Made by a program: the position numbers and the translations under genes
Notes under the pieces: generated by a model
Told to the model about the DNA's origin: nothing
Seen by the model: the letters and a program-made list of their open reading frames with translations, nothing else
Databases searched by the model: none
Source: Octopus sinensis
Taxonomy: Eukaryota
Assembly (NCBI RefSeq): GCF_006345805.1
Contig: NC_043001.1
Span: 71,548,001-71,612,000 of the forward strand
Length of the DNA stretch: 64,000 bases
Reading direction: 5' to 3'
Shown: positions 40,330-52,629 of the stretch, one piece after another
How positions within the stretch are numbered: the first letter of the stretch is position 1
Layout: each line of letters opens with the position of its first letter

Positions 40330-42757
40330 ATGTATGTATGCATGTCATTATTCAGTTTATTTAAAGATTTCTTGCAAATAGAGAAAGAACAGGTTTCTAA
40401 CCTAGATCCAAGGTTCCTTCATTGGAATTTCACCATCAACAACAGGGTATTTTTTTTGTTTGTATGAATGTATGAATGTATGTATGTATGTATGTATGTA
40501 TGTATGCATGTATGCATGTATGCATGTATGTATGTATGCATGCATGCATGTATGTATGTATGTATGTATTTATGTATGTATGTATGTACGTATGTATGTA
40601 TGTATGTATGTACGTATGTATGTGCAGATTTGTATGTTTTGTGTATGTATTCTCATACATATAGTTGCATATCAAGACATGCTCATATATATTTAAATGA
40701 TAAACTTCTGGAAAGTTTTACAGATTTTTACAGTTCAAATGATGGATTGGATGTGTAGTCTTCGAATTAGCTTTCTCCTTTCTGATTTTGAGATGCCTAA
40801 TTTCTCAAGATTGATATTTAGGCAGTGTGTTACATATCCCAAGGCCCCAGTAATTACAGGTATAAACCTGCACTTGTAATCTGGATAGAGCAACTGCAGA
40901 TTTCTCAAAAGTTCAGCTTAGATGTTCTCTTTTTCACTGATTTATGTTAACATCGGCTGGGCAGCTAATTTCTACAACTGTGCACAGTTTCTATTCTCTA
41001 TCCCAAATCATTATATCAGGTCTATTGTGCTTACATTTTATAAAGGACTTCACTTATACGTTCCACCAGTACTCTCTTTTTATTGTGAGTGTCTATGGCT
41101 TCTACCATATTGTGAGTTCTTATTTCTTTATCCTCGTGATTATCCTTCCGACGGATTTCCTTATAGGGTGCCCTAGCTACAACGTCATCTCTCATCGGTA
41201 AATAATACCGTGATGACATTTTCGGACAACTCCTTATGATGTGGCTGATACCTTCAATGTGAACCCCACATAGTCTGCATCGATTGTCACATTTTACTGC
41301 TTTTCCTTCGTATCTATCCCGTTTGTGCATCAGGTACTTGGTTGATATTTTCTGTTCCTGGATAGCAAATGTATACCCTTCAAAGTGGGAGGTAGTAATC
41401 CGGCTATTGGTTCATGATAAACTGCTTTGATGATCGATGTTACTATCATCTAAGAGCTTTCTACTGCTATATCTATGCATTGTCTTCTGTTTATGTAGGC
41501 TCATCCTTTCATCTGATGATACGTTGCAGTAGAATCGTGCAACTTCTTTGGGCATGTATTCTAGGTTAACATACAAAGAATGTTGCTCAGGAAGCTACCT
41601 TCTAAGTCTTATGATGTTATCAGCCTCATGTATGCAAACTTGGTCAAGGGATGCGCTTCGACACATGGTGGTTAGACGATGTTGCCGAAGGGCTATGATG
41701 TCTCATTCAAAGGCATTTTGGATTGATATTAAGCCTCTGCCGCCTTGTTTTCGTTTTAGGTAGATGTTATCTACATCACTGTTTATGTGGAAATTATGTA
41801 TGCTAGTTATTATTTTTCGGGTTTTCCCATCAATGGCTCGGATTTCCTCAAACGTTAAATCAAGCAGCCCAAATATTAGTATGAGTACTGGCACTGCAAA
41901 CACATTGCGGGCCTCTGTTTTCTGTTTCCTTGTGAACCAGTGAGATATTCTTCAGACTTCCTTGACATGAATGACAAGGAGTTTAGAGAAAGTATAAACA
42001 ACATCACAGAGAGGGTGTCTCCTTGGAATAAATCTCTATGATATTATATTCTATCGGTGATAATACAGTCACTCTCTGTGTTTAATTTCATGATTGTGAC
42101 CCACGATGAAGTCAGATCGGCTATGGCTTTGACTATTTTCACTGGAACTTTTGCAAGTTGAGCTTCTAGCATCCATGAGTGGGGAACAGAGTCAAAGGCT
42201 TTCTTGTAGTCTAACCAAAATTGAAACTAGATTTCTCCTATGCTCTCGCACCTCTGACAGCACAGTTATGTTTATTAACAATTGCTCGGCACATCCCCAA
42301 ACTCCTCCATTCTTCCCAGCTGCTTCTTCTGGCGTGATAATGTTATTGGTTTCACAATGGTCCTGGAGGAAGAGATTTAAACATGTTGTATATATATCTT
42401 ATACATTCAGTTCTGGCATGCAATTGTCAGGTAGGTTTTGCCATGTGGGTGGTTCTGCATTTGGAGATCAATTTTGTCTCTGCCAGAGCTAATCAGTGTG
42501 ATATGCTACTGTTCCCAATGAAAGCTTGCTGATACATATTGATAAGATATGGGTAGAATGTCAGCTTCTTGTACCAATATCCAACAATCAAGTCTCTCCC
42601 AGGTGCTTTCCATCCTTGAGTTTCTGGATCACAGTTGCAAGAGTTTCACCATCAATGTTGTATGTCTTGGATGTAACGCAGGAGAAAAAACCCGGTCGGA
42701 TTTCTTCCAGCCACAGAGCATCTTGGTTAAATTCCTTCTCTCCACTCCAGTTTTTCT
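40330..42757 (-). mobile_element. RLE-type LINE (CATA-associated family), decayed, with internal deletions
   Basis: QKNWSGEKEFNQDALWL, FHINSDVDNIYLKRKQGGRGL, CRLCGVHIEGISHII..RDD; 3' UTR matches 57580-57822. Confidence 0.9.
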
Positions 42758-42782
42758 GTGTGTGTGTGTGTATGTATTTATA

Positions 42783-42947
42783 TAGGTAGGTAGGCAGGTA
42801 GGTAGGTAGGTAGGTAGATAGGTAGGTAGGTAGGTAGGTAAGTAGGTAGGTAGGTAGATAAGTAGGTAGGTAGGTAGGTAGGTAGGTAGGTAGGTAGGTA
42901 GGTAGGTAGGTAGGTAGGTAGGTAGGTAGGTAGGTAGGTAAGTAAGT
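42783..42947. repeat. (TAGG)n microsatellite
   Basis: Direct reading. Confidence 0.97.
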
Positions 42948-43163
42948 AGGCGGTAATGGAGATAACCGCATTTAAGCTCAAGATATATATATATATTTAC
43001 ATCCAGCCTAACTGTGTTTATCTCCGTTTCTACCTCCATATCACCTGGATTTGGATTTCTCTTTTCACCACTCATGACGCAGTGGATCTTGGCCTGGACG
43101 AGGAATTCGGAGTTTAAGCGCAAATCCTTTTGAGCACTATTTTGTGTTCTCTGTATTGTACAA

Positions 43164-43269
<106 letters not shown>

Positions 43270-43581
43270 TATAGTATATTATATTAAACTATACTTTACG
43301 ATACTATATTAAACTACACTATACTATACATATACCGACAAAATTGACCATTCCAGCCTATAGCTTAAGTTCGCATCCTTCAGTCGCCATATTAGCTTAC
43401 TGAGTCCCGTGGTCTGGCGCTTGTTCACGTCCCGAAAAGTTGCGTAATGGTTGGAGACACGCAAAGACAATCTTGAGGATGATGCCCCTACATAAGTGAA
43501 GGCATCTGAGTCCGTGTAAACCTTGCATTGGTAGACGGCGTTTTTGATCTTGGAGTTCGCCGACGTGAATCTTAATCAGAA

Positions 43582-43995
43582 ACTAATCCTAGCAGATTAA
43601 GATTCACGTCGGCGAACTCCAAGATCAAAAACGCCGTCTACCAATGCAAGGTTTACACGGACTCAGATGCCTTCACTTATGTAGGGGCATCATCCTCAAG
43701 ATTGTCTTTGCGTGTCTCCAACCATTACGCAACTTTTCGGGACGTGAACAAGCGCCAGACCACGGGACTCAGTAAGCTAATATGGCGACTGAAGGATGCG
43801 AACTTAAGCTATAGGCTGGAATGGTCAATTTCGTCGGTGGCCCTCCCATTTGATAGGGGCAGAAGACAGTGCAACCTTTGTGTCTCCGAACTCTTCCATA
43901 TTTTGTTTGCCAGAGGCCGGATGGTAAACGGGCTCTTACAGTCGGCTTTTCGATGCCCCCATTGGCGGCGTTACACTTATCTGGCCTTTAAATAG
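43582..43995 (+). CDS. GIY-YIG endonuclease C-terminal fragment of a Penelope-like RT-EN ORF
   Basis: NAVYQCKV..FTYVGAS (GIY/YIG pair), RVSNH, LSKLIWRLKD, CNLCVSE; open frame up to TAG at 43993-43995. Confidence 0.85.
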   Translation, partial: TNPSRLRFTSANSKIKNAVYQCKVYTDSDAFTYVGASSSRLSLRVSNHYATFRDVNKRQTTGLSKLIWRLKDANLSYRLEWSISSVALPFDRGRRQCNLCVSELFHILFARGRMVNGLLQSAFRCPHWRRYTYLAFK

Positions 43996-44594
43996 CGTTT
44001 ATAAATAATACCGGCACCCATAGCCCTTGGTAACAAATTCTGAAATAGCCTTTAAGATATCTACGATTAACCACTGCAAGGGGAATTACTCCTGTAAGAC
44101 AAACGGGGCTTGGTTTTCTCACAGCGGGGGGTTTCCTTGACAAGGCAGGCTTAGATGAACACACACACACATAAAACATAATATATATATATTTTTTTTA
44201 TTTTTTTTCTTTCTGCCACCCAACGGTTATCACGGCAGTAGCCACTGACAGCCGAACGATCAAACGCACACACGTACACAAAAAATGTCTTCTACCCCTA
44301 CGCCAACACACACATATATAGAACAGTATACACACACACACGTCTCTAAGTAGATTTTTTCTCGCCCCTTATAAAACATCCAATATTCCTTAAAGTCAGA
44401 ACTTTATTCTCGGTCACAAAGAACATCTATACACCCTCACCCACATGATTGACCGATGCCTGACCCGTTGAATTCTTCAGCCACCGGTTCTCAACATACA
44501 CTGATAAACAGTTTCGCCATGGGCTCTTAGGAGCACAGTTCGATTTGTTTTTTGCTCCGCCTCTGTTCTGTTTTTGTTTTTCCAACGGATTTCC

Positions 44595-44690
44595 TTTTTT
44601 CTTCCTGAAGAGAAAGACACAATATGGTCCCATTATTCAATCGGATTTTGGTAATTTGTGCCTTTCGAAACACGTGTAGAATGAAATAAA
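44595..44690 (+). ncRNA. Type I hammerhead ribozyme with long stem II
   Basis: ttcttc CTGAAGA gaaag a cacaa..ttgtg c ctttc GAAA cacgtg TA^ gaatgaa; palindromic ACACGTGT stem III; predicted cleavage after 44678. Confidence 0.75.
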
Positions 44691-44902
44691 ACGATTTCTG
44701 TTCAATCTGCGTTCAGCTCCATTTCTTCAATTCACCAATAATGTTTTAATTTCAATTATCCGCACCAACGCACGGTTGCAACGCCAGATGGTTGTACCTC
44801 CAACCGTGCTGTTTACTGCTGTGATTTTTGCTACTAAGGTATCGGTTAAACTTTTGATTAATCTACTACAAGATTATTCATCTTTCTATTTCACATAATA
44901 TA

Positions 44903-44992
<90 letters not shown>

Positions 44993-45150
44993 TAATGTGG
45001 GTAGAGATTAATATTAATTAAATTCATATCAATTTAAACCAGTGGACTAGCATATTTAGAAAATTCGAAGATTCAGAGAAATTATATTACATACAAATAA
45101 GAGGAATGACCACTAGGTGGATTCCTAATATGCCAGAGGAGGACCCTATA

Positions 45151-45783
45151 TGGTTTGGCCACTAAGAAAAATTGTTTTCAAGAAATTTCGGCAAACGCCA
45201 GAACGTAAAGCGAGCAAGACAAAGGAAAAGATACAAAATTTGTTGATAAGCCGCATACCTATATTTCATTATTACCATTTACATTACGCAAATATCCGCA
45301 AATCATCAGTGTGACCGTCATGGAAAATATAACTCACAGAACTATACACGAGACATCCCTACAAGAGAGGACATGCATACAGTTCTATCAATTATATTTG
45401 GGGGTATGTTTAAAATTGGTTATTTAAATGGTTATTTAATTTTAAATAACCATGTTTTCTAATCGGCAAATTTCAATGCAGAAAAATTATTAACTGCAGG
45501 GTCATTTCCGGCTTCGGTGCGCCAAAACGAAGACATTTGAAATATACCCCCAAATATAATTGATAGAACTGTATACATGTCCTCTCTTGTGAGGATGTGT
45601 ATAGTTCTGTGAGTTATATTTTCCATGATGATTTGCGGACATTTTCGTAATGTAAATAGAAACAATGAAATCTAGGTACGTGGTTTATTAACACATTTTG
45701 TATCTTTTCATTTGTTTTGCCCGCTTTACGTTCTGATGTTTGCCGAAATTTCTAGAGAACAGTTTATCTTAGTGGTCAGACCA
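45151..45783. mobile_element. MITE-like element with ~250-bp imperfect TIRs, flanked by TA
   Basis: 45151-45414 versus 45537-45783 inverted; ends ta|tggtttggccactaag and cttagtggtcagacca|ta. Confidence 0.7.
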
Positions 45784-45804
45784 TATATATATATATATAT
45801 ATAT

Positions 45805-46525
45805 AGCACAGTGGCTGTGGGGTAAGTAGCTTACTAACCAACCACATGGTTCCGTGTTCAGCCCCATTGCCTGATACCTTGGGCAAGTGTCTTCTACTAT
45901 AGCCTAGGGCCGACCAAAGCTTTGTGAGTGGACGGAAACTGAAAGAAGCCCGTCGTATATATATATATATATATATATATAGGGAGAATTCACAAGCAAA
46001 AAACAAAAGACAAAGACAGATGGTGTAGACAACACACAGATTATTAGTATAACGCTCGGGTAGTGAAAGGTCTTTAACGTTTCGAGCCAACGCTCTTTCA
46101 CAGAAAGGAACGCAGAAAGAAACAAGGAGAGAAAAAAATGTGTAGTGGCCACCGATCTATCATGGCGAATGCCGGATAGAAGGGTCACACACGTGAGCTA
46201 GGGAGAAGGGGAAATAATAAAGTAGTGGTGATCACAAGACGACGGTGCGCGCGCGTGTATATAAAAGAGTTTGTATGTGCGTGATCTTAACGTGTGCGTG
46301 TGTACATATGTAGGTGTGAAAATGTGGGTCTGTATGTATATGTTTGTGTATCTATGTTTGTCCCCCACCATGTTGCTGTGTTTACGTCCCCACAACTTAG
46401 CGGTTCGGCAAAAGAGACCTACAGAATAAATACTAGACTTACAAAGAATAAGTCCTGGTGATTTGTTCGACTAAAGGCGGTGCTGCAGTATGGCTGCAGT
46501 CAAATGACTGAAACAAATAAAAGAA
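45805..46525 (+). mobile_element. Long SINE split in its internal (TA)n by the 45981-46168 HHR-like repeat
   Basis: Head at 45805-45957, tail at 46350-46525. Confidence 0.75.
45981..46168 (-). repeat. Second copy of the 36768 repeat, HHR-like core CTGTGAA
   Basis: Minus strand: ccttt CTGTGAA a gagc-gttg-gctc GAAA cgtt aaag. Confidence 0.6.
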
Positions 46526-46751
46526 TATACATATATATATATAAATATGTGTATGTATATTATATATATATATATATCTATATATATATATAATATATAA
46601 TATATATAATATATAATATATATATTATATATATATATATAACAAAGTGGAGTTGTAAGGTACCGCACGAGTGGAATTATATATGAAAGAAGGTTTGAAA
46701 ATGCAATTTTAAACATCTTTTAAAATTGCATTTTCAAACCTTCTTTCATAT

Positions 46752-46815
<64 letters not shown>

Positions 46816-46818
46816 CTA

Positions 46819-46852
<34 letters not shown>

Positions 46853-46853
<1 letters not shown>

Positions 46854-47387
46854 TTGTGTATCAAATAGCTAACTTAAGGCGATGGCCTCATGGAGCTAAT
46901 AAGCGGACAGCTTATTCTTATTTTTATAAGAATGCCATATTAGTATGGCGATAACTAATATTTTCCGGGAACGCTGCCGTTGTTCTCTTTTAGAGAGACT
47001 TAGTAATTTTAATATTTCTATTATTGAAAACAAGTGGATGTATTCCACCGAAGCTAGGTAAATAAAACCTTTGAACAGAGATTGTCAGAAGCGACACCTA
47101 CTGGTCTGGCTACGCTGCATTGAAAAGGGGCAATACCCCGAAACGCGTCTGTAGCTGCCGGCCATGTAGTGTGGAGCGACTGACCTCCCTTGTTCAAAGG
47201 TTATATGGATACAGTTTGTGTATCAAATAGCTAACTTAAGGCGATGGCCTCATGGAGCTAATAAGCGGACAGCTTTATTCTTATTTTTATAAGAATGCCA
47301 TATTAGTATGGCGATAACTAATATTTTCCGGGAACGCTGCCGTTGTTCTCTTTTAGAGAGACTTAGTAATTTTAATATTTCTATTAT
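46853..47387 (+). mobile_element. Second insertion (about 1.5 units) of the 363-bp retrozyme-type repeat
   Basis: tttgtgtatc at 46853 and 47215; near-identical to 28492-29020; both flanks are (TA)n. Confidence 0.9.
47106..47161 (+). ncRNA. Type I hammerhead ribozyme (U3-A8 core), core and stems I-III identical to the 28809 copy
   Basis: gctgca TTGAAAA gggg-caata-cccc GAAA cgcg TC^ tgtagc; predicted cleavage after 47149. Confidence 0.8.
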
Positions 47388-47428
47388 ATATATATATATA
47401 ATATATATATAATATATATATATATATA

Positions 47429-47910
47429 CTAGCAGTATCACCCAGTGCTGCTTGGGTTTGTTTCGACCCTTTAGAATTGGAATTTTTGAAAAGTAAAAAT
47501 TTTTGCATTATGTAACTTGGTTTTCTCTTCAATTGAACATTTTTCTAGTTTAAATACACCGAAAAATTGTGACACAGCAATCACAAATCGTAAAAATAGG
47601 GATTTTCATAGAAAAAAAAGCACCTTTTTGATGTAAGTAATTTTTGGTGTTAACATGGTCCGATTTGAATTTTATCTTCTGCAGCATGAAGAGCAATACT
47701 CTCAATTTTGGTCAACTTGCGCTGCAGGATCTCGAGGGAGATAGTGTTAGTTGAAGGCTACCAAACCTGCCACACACAGACAACTTCAGCTTTATATATA
47801 TGGATTTGCTACACACTACTTTCCATCCTTAATAATGAAACTTGGTAGATCCAAAAGTTAAACACACAGATACACACACAGACACACAAGTTGAGTTTTA
47901 TATATAGAGA
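47429..47910 (-). mobile_element. Composite non-autonomous Helitron (two stacked 5' ends)
   Basis: Minus strand: 5' TC(T/C)ATATATAAA at 47910 and 47804; subterminal CCCA..TGGG hairpin and CTAG|T at 47429. Confidence 0.7.
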
Positions 47911-49594
47911 TTTCTCAATATATATAGAGATTTCAGGGGAGAGTTTCAGGGAGTCGCTGGCGCTGTATCGTGATGATCCAAAATCCGGCCTGCTAAAATT
48001 TGTTTAAAATGATTCAAACGGCAGACTCAACGCAAAATGGTCACATTTGATTCAAAGCGTTAAAAATGTTATGAAAACAATTGGTATGTGTTCAGAAAGT
48101 CCAAACGATTAATACGAAAAAAATCCTCCAGGCTACATCCCGAAAATTCATTTCTTTGCCGAATTTCAACAATGTTTACGGCGATTCGTTTTTATATCTT
48201 GATTTTTTTATTTTTCATGCAATTTACGCATGCTTGCACGCGTGGTGAACACAGTTCACGTCAAACAGCTGACTGAGTAAATTTCACTATTCAATGCATG
48301 GGATAAGGCCTAAACAAACGCATTTTGCACCTGCGAGATGAATTTCGGAAAAGAAATAGCGCAGTTCAATCTTCATTCGCCTAAACTTTAAGTGACCCAT
48401 TTTTGGTGGTTCTACGATTTGTTGGCTAGGAGGAGATGTGCCGGGAAGTTAAACACACAGATATATATAGTTTACCGTTCCGTTAAGCTAAGATTAACAC
48501 AAAAGGTCCTGCATCCGGTGAGAGATGAATATCATCTAATGTTCGCAATATAAAGATACGAGCTAGTTAGAGGTTCTTGCTTTAGAGAGGATAGTCTAGG
48601 CAAGCTTTTATGATGCACCTTGTGTCTCAAAGCAATCCTAAGGCTCTGGACACACGCGTATGCATGTATGCATGTATGCATGTTTGTGAATGTGTGTGTA
48701 ATAAATGATATAAAAGGTACTGAAAATCTGATTGCGACCGGAGGAAAAGAATTGAGAGTATAACAGGATTATATTGAAATATATATGAAAGTTACAATGA
48801 ATATCTGTTGTTGTTTATGATGTGAGTACGAGCAGCTTGCGTGGATTAGTGCTGAACTTAAAAATTAATGAATGTGAATGTTTATAATGCACATTTATTT
48901 ATTGGAACATTCTGCTATATGGAAAGGAATACGTGAAGATAAAGAGTTGAATATATCAAAGTGTGTTTTGTTATAAAATATTTATGATCAGTAAGACAGT
49001 CTTTAACTTTCCATATATATTTCAAAGCTGTTTTAAACAGATTTTATTTTATTTTATTTTATTTCCCATTCCACAACGTTGTACTGTTTAAAATTGCATT
49101 TCTAACATTCGTATTGAATGAACGTACTCCTAACAGTATTAATATATAATGACTTCCATCATTTACAATGTATTTACGAAAAGTACCATACCGCAAACTC
49201 TACAAACCTGCATACATGTCACGGATAGGTTATTAATTAAATTGAATGATAGCTAAATGTAGTATCTTCACTAACGGGCGAGGAAACGAGCGGAGAGAGG
49301 GAAGAAAGAAGAGAGAAGAGGAAGAGAAAATTTAAGAGACATTTGATCGAGTATTTGTAGTATTTAACAGCAAAAAGAACTTGATGACATAGACAAATTA
49401 GACACTATCAGTTCACTGTTTCCTTATAACATGGCAGAACTTTTTGACTCTCGTCTCTGCAGAGGAGAAACTAAAAATTAAAATATCTTGTTAGTAGGAG
49501 TAATGATGTTTAATCTCAAATAGGCGCAGATACAATCATGATCAGTCCTTCATTTTTTGCTGACCCTGTGTATCTATAAATATGTAAAGCGCAT

Positions 49595-50555
49595 GCATGG
49601 TGAAGAATCTCACTTTGCACCCTCAAGATTTCAGGTTCAGTCCCATTGCGTGGCATCTTGACAAGTGTCTTCTACTATATCCCCGTACCAATCAACGCAT
49701 TGTGAGTGAGTTAGAAATTCGGAAACTGTGTGAAAACCTGTTGCATATGTCTGTGCGTTAACAAGCGCACGTGAGTGTGTCTTTGTGCCCGTATTTGCCC
49801 CTTCCCCGTCACCGCTTGAGAACTGGCGTTGGTTTGCTTATGTCCTAGTAACTTAGTAGTTCGGCAAAAGAGGCCGATAGAGTAAATATCAGACATGAAA
49901 TCGATTTGAATCGACTAAAAGGCGTTACCCCAGGATGGCTGCAGTCCAACGACTGAATCAAGTAAAAGAAAATGGAAGTGATCCAGCATGACCACAGCCT
50001 TTAGGCTGAAACGTATAAAAGGTTAAAAGAACATTCCTTTTTTTTCAAGTTGGTACTGTGAAATTTCTCACCATATAATTCATCAGAATGCTACTGCTTG
50101 GAATAAAGTGATGAGATTGAAATAGAATAATTACCATGAGCTCTATACTCTCTGCTGGGAAAAAATGGAAATAAATTCATCATATTTTATTTCCACCAAA
50201 TTTGAGATGGACATAAATATCAAAATTTCACGTGGCTGTGTTATTAAAAAGGTCACTTTGCAACCATGTGGATTTGGGTGTTGTCCCACTGCACGGCATC
50301 TTCGGCAAGTGTCTTCTACCATATTCCGGGCCGACTAATGACTTGTAAGTGAAGATGATGGACGGAAACTGTGTGCAAGCCTGTTAGTTTGATAAACAAA
50401 CTAGCACCAGTTGTGGGGGGGGGGGCATAGCGGTTCGGTAAGAAGAGTTTAAGTGCCAGACTTGAAAATAGTCTGGGATAAATTTGTTCGACTAAACCCT
50501 TCACAACGGTATCCCAGCATGGCCACAATCCAATGACTGAAAGAAGTAAAAGATA
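49595..50555 (+). mobile_element. Two decayed long-family SINEs (49595-49970 and 50255-50555)
   Basis: ggttcagtcccattgcgtggc..caagtgtcttcta..cggttcgg..tcgactaaa motifs. Confidence 0.75.
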
Positions 50556-51461
50556 AATGATAGAATGATACTCTTTCAAACTAAATAGTTACTAAGCAGC
50601 GAATTTACGCCTACGGAAGAAATCATATCAACCATTATAAATTGACATACGACCTCGGTGATACATTATAAAAAGAAATGATTATTATAGATTTTCGGTG
50701 GGTGAGATTTTGTTTGAATTCTTTTTATATTTTTAATATTACACTCGTCGAAATCGTACCAAATAACCACTCACATAATGCAATCTTTTCTATTCACTAT
50801 TGTTGCAGACTAATCTAATTCCCGTGTTAATTATTACCACAGCGACCATTGCGATCGAATTTAAATCAGTCGCCATTTTTCTTTTGCCCAGTATCAATAA
50901 ATGACTCAACGGCAATTTTATAAGATCAATGACAATATGATCAATAATCGATAGTTGTTGTGACATTAGGGTTGGGAGGGGCAGCAGAATGTGAAATATT
51001 GGTTTGACGAAACATCAAACGGAAATCCAACCAGGAATTGATTTAGGAAGAAATTAATATTCATTTGCATATTATTTTGGCCAAAGCTTTCGATACTCAA
51101 GTTCCTTTTTATTAGTTTATTATTGTGAAAGGAGCGACGACAAAGTTCTTGATGGAAGCTACTTTAACATTGCTATATGTTCACTAGATATGCAGCATAT
51201 ACATGTGTGTATACATATATATATATACACATATATATGTGTGTTTGTGTATGTGTATAAATAAGTACACACACACATATATATATATACACACACGTTT
51301 ATATATCATCGCTACATTAGTTCACTAGATATACACCATAACTAAATGAATAAATACAGAGAGAAGAAGAGAGAAGTAATATACAGAGAGGAAGAGAGAA
51401 AGGGAAATACAGAGAAAGATGATAAATACATACATATACATACTTTTTATTATTTTTCCAG

Positions 51462-51590
51462 TCAACATTCCTTCAAAGGTCCAAGATCCTCCAGAAGATC
51501 ATTTCCGTCCCAGAGCGAAGGAAACGAGGCAGAATTACGTGCAATGAAATATTGTATCGAATCAATAGCCATAGCATTAAATCCATACGA
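51462..51590 (+). CDS. Candidate penultimate host exon (129 nt, phase 0-0)
   Basis: ttttattatttttccag acceptor, a|gtgagg donor; STFLQRSKILQKIISVPERRKRGRITCNEILYRINSHSIKSIR. Confidence 0.45.
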
Positions 51591-51654
51591 GTGAGGATGG
51601 TTCACTAGGATAGATCCCCAACATGTTTCATGTAGGATTGTTTTCTAATTTCAG

Positions 51655-51777
51655 TTAAACTATGGTCAACACCTGGCCGGAGGACAAATGGATCTATTCA
51701 AATCGCGGTTCAAACCTACTTTGAAGAAGCGCGACATTGAGTTTTCAGAAATAGGAAACCTTGTTACTCGTCACTGA
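51655..51777 (+). CDS. Candidate terminal host exon LNYGQHLAGGQMDLFKSRFKPTLKKRDIEFSEIGNLVTRH*
   Basis: 64-nt intron with CTAAT branch point and tttcag acceptor; in frame with the previous exon. Confidence 0.45.
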   Translation, partial: LNYGQHLAGGQMDLFKSRFKPTLKKRDIEFSEIGNLVTRH

Positions 51778-52292
51778 GTTTGACGTTCTCACTGTTGGAG
51801 GAGAATTTTAATCTGTGGGAAAAAACGCACTCACTGTGCCAGCAAAAACAAGAAAACAGACATGCAAGAAAATTTAGCCCTGGCTCACTCCTCCAAGCAT
51901 TAACATGTGTCTTCCGCAATTAAGGTTAACTCAATGTTGAGAATACTTAGATATCAAAATATTCGCGAATGGGCAAGATGGCCAAAATCATACACAACGG
52001 ACAACTATAAATAAGTATGCATTCATATACGTATGCACAGTAGAGCACAAACTTGATTCAGCAGAACTGCGATTAAAGACTCTTCAAGCGTGGCCATCTC
52101 ATCTATTAATAAGACACAGTATATATTCCAATTCCCTAACTGCTAACAAAGACCATGAGAAATATCTTTTGATTCTATATATTTTTCTTGATTCTATATA
52201 TTTTGTGGCCAACATTCGGTACTCTTATAACTGCTTAATTAATAATGCATCTAGGTCAACATTTATATATATATTATATATATATATATATA

Positions 52293-52334
<42 letters not shown>

Positions 52335-52352
52335 TATATATATATATTATAT

Positions 52353-52411
<59 letters not shown>

Positions 52412-52446
52412 CATATAATGTTTTTCATATACATATAATGTTTCCC

Positions 52447-52500
<54 letters not shown>

Positions 52501-52629
52501 ATATATACATACATACATACATACATACTACATACATACATACATACATACTACATACATACATACATACATATAGGAAACGTTGAAAATGGAGGCAAAC
52601 GCTCAAAATGTTATTAAATTATTTATATC

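Larger units (their letters stand above)
43335..44880 (+). mobile_element. Penelope-like element 3' fragment: 5' inverted arm, GIY-YIG endonuclease, 3' region with HHR
   Basis: 243-bp arms 43335-43577 and 43595-43837 (one mismatch seen, 17-nt spacer); GIY-YIG ORF; HHR at 44595-44690; 3' end approximate. Confidence 0.85.
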
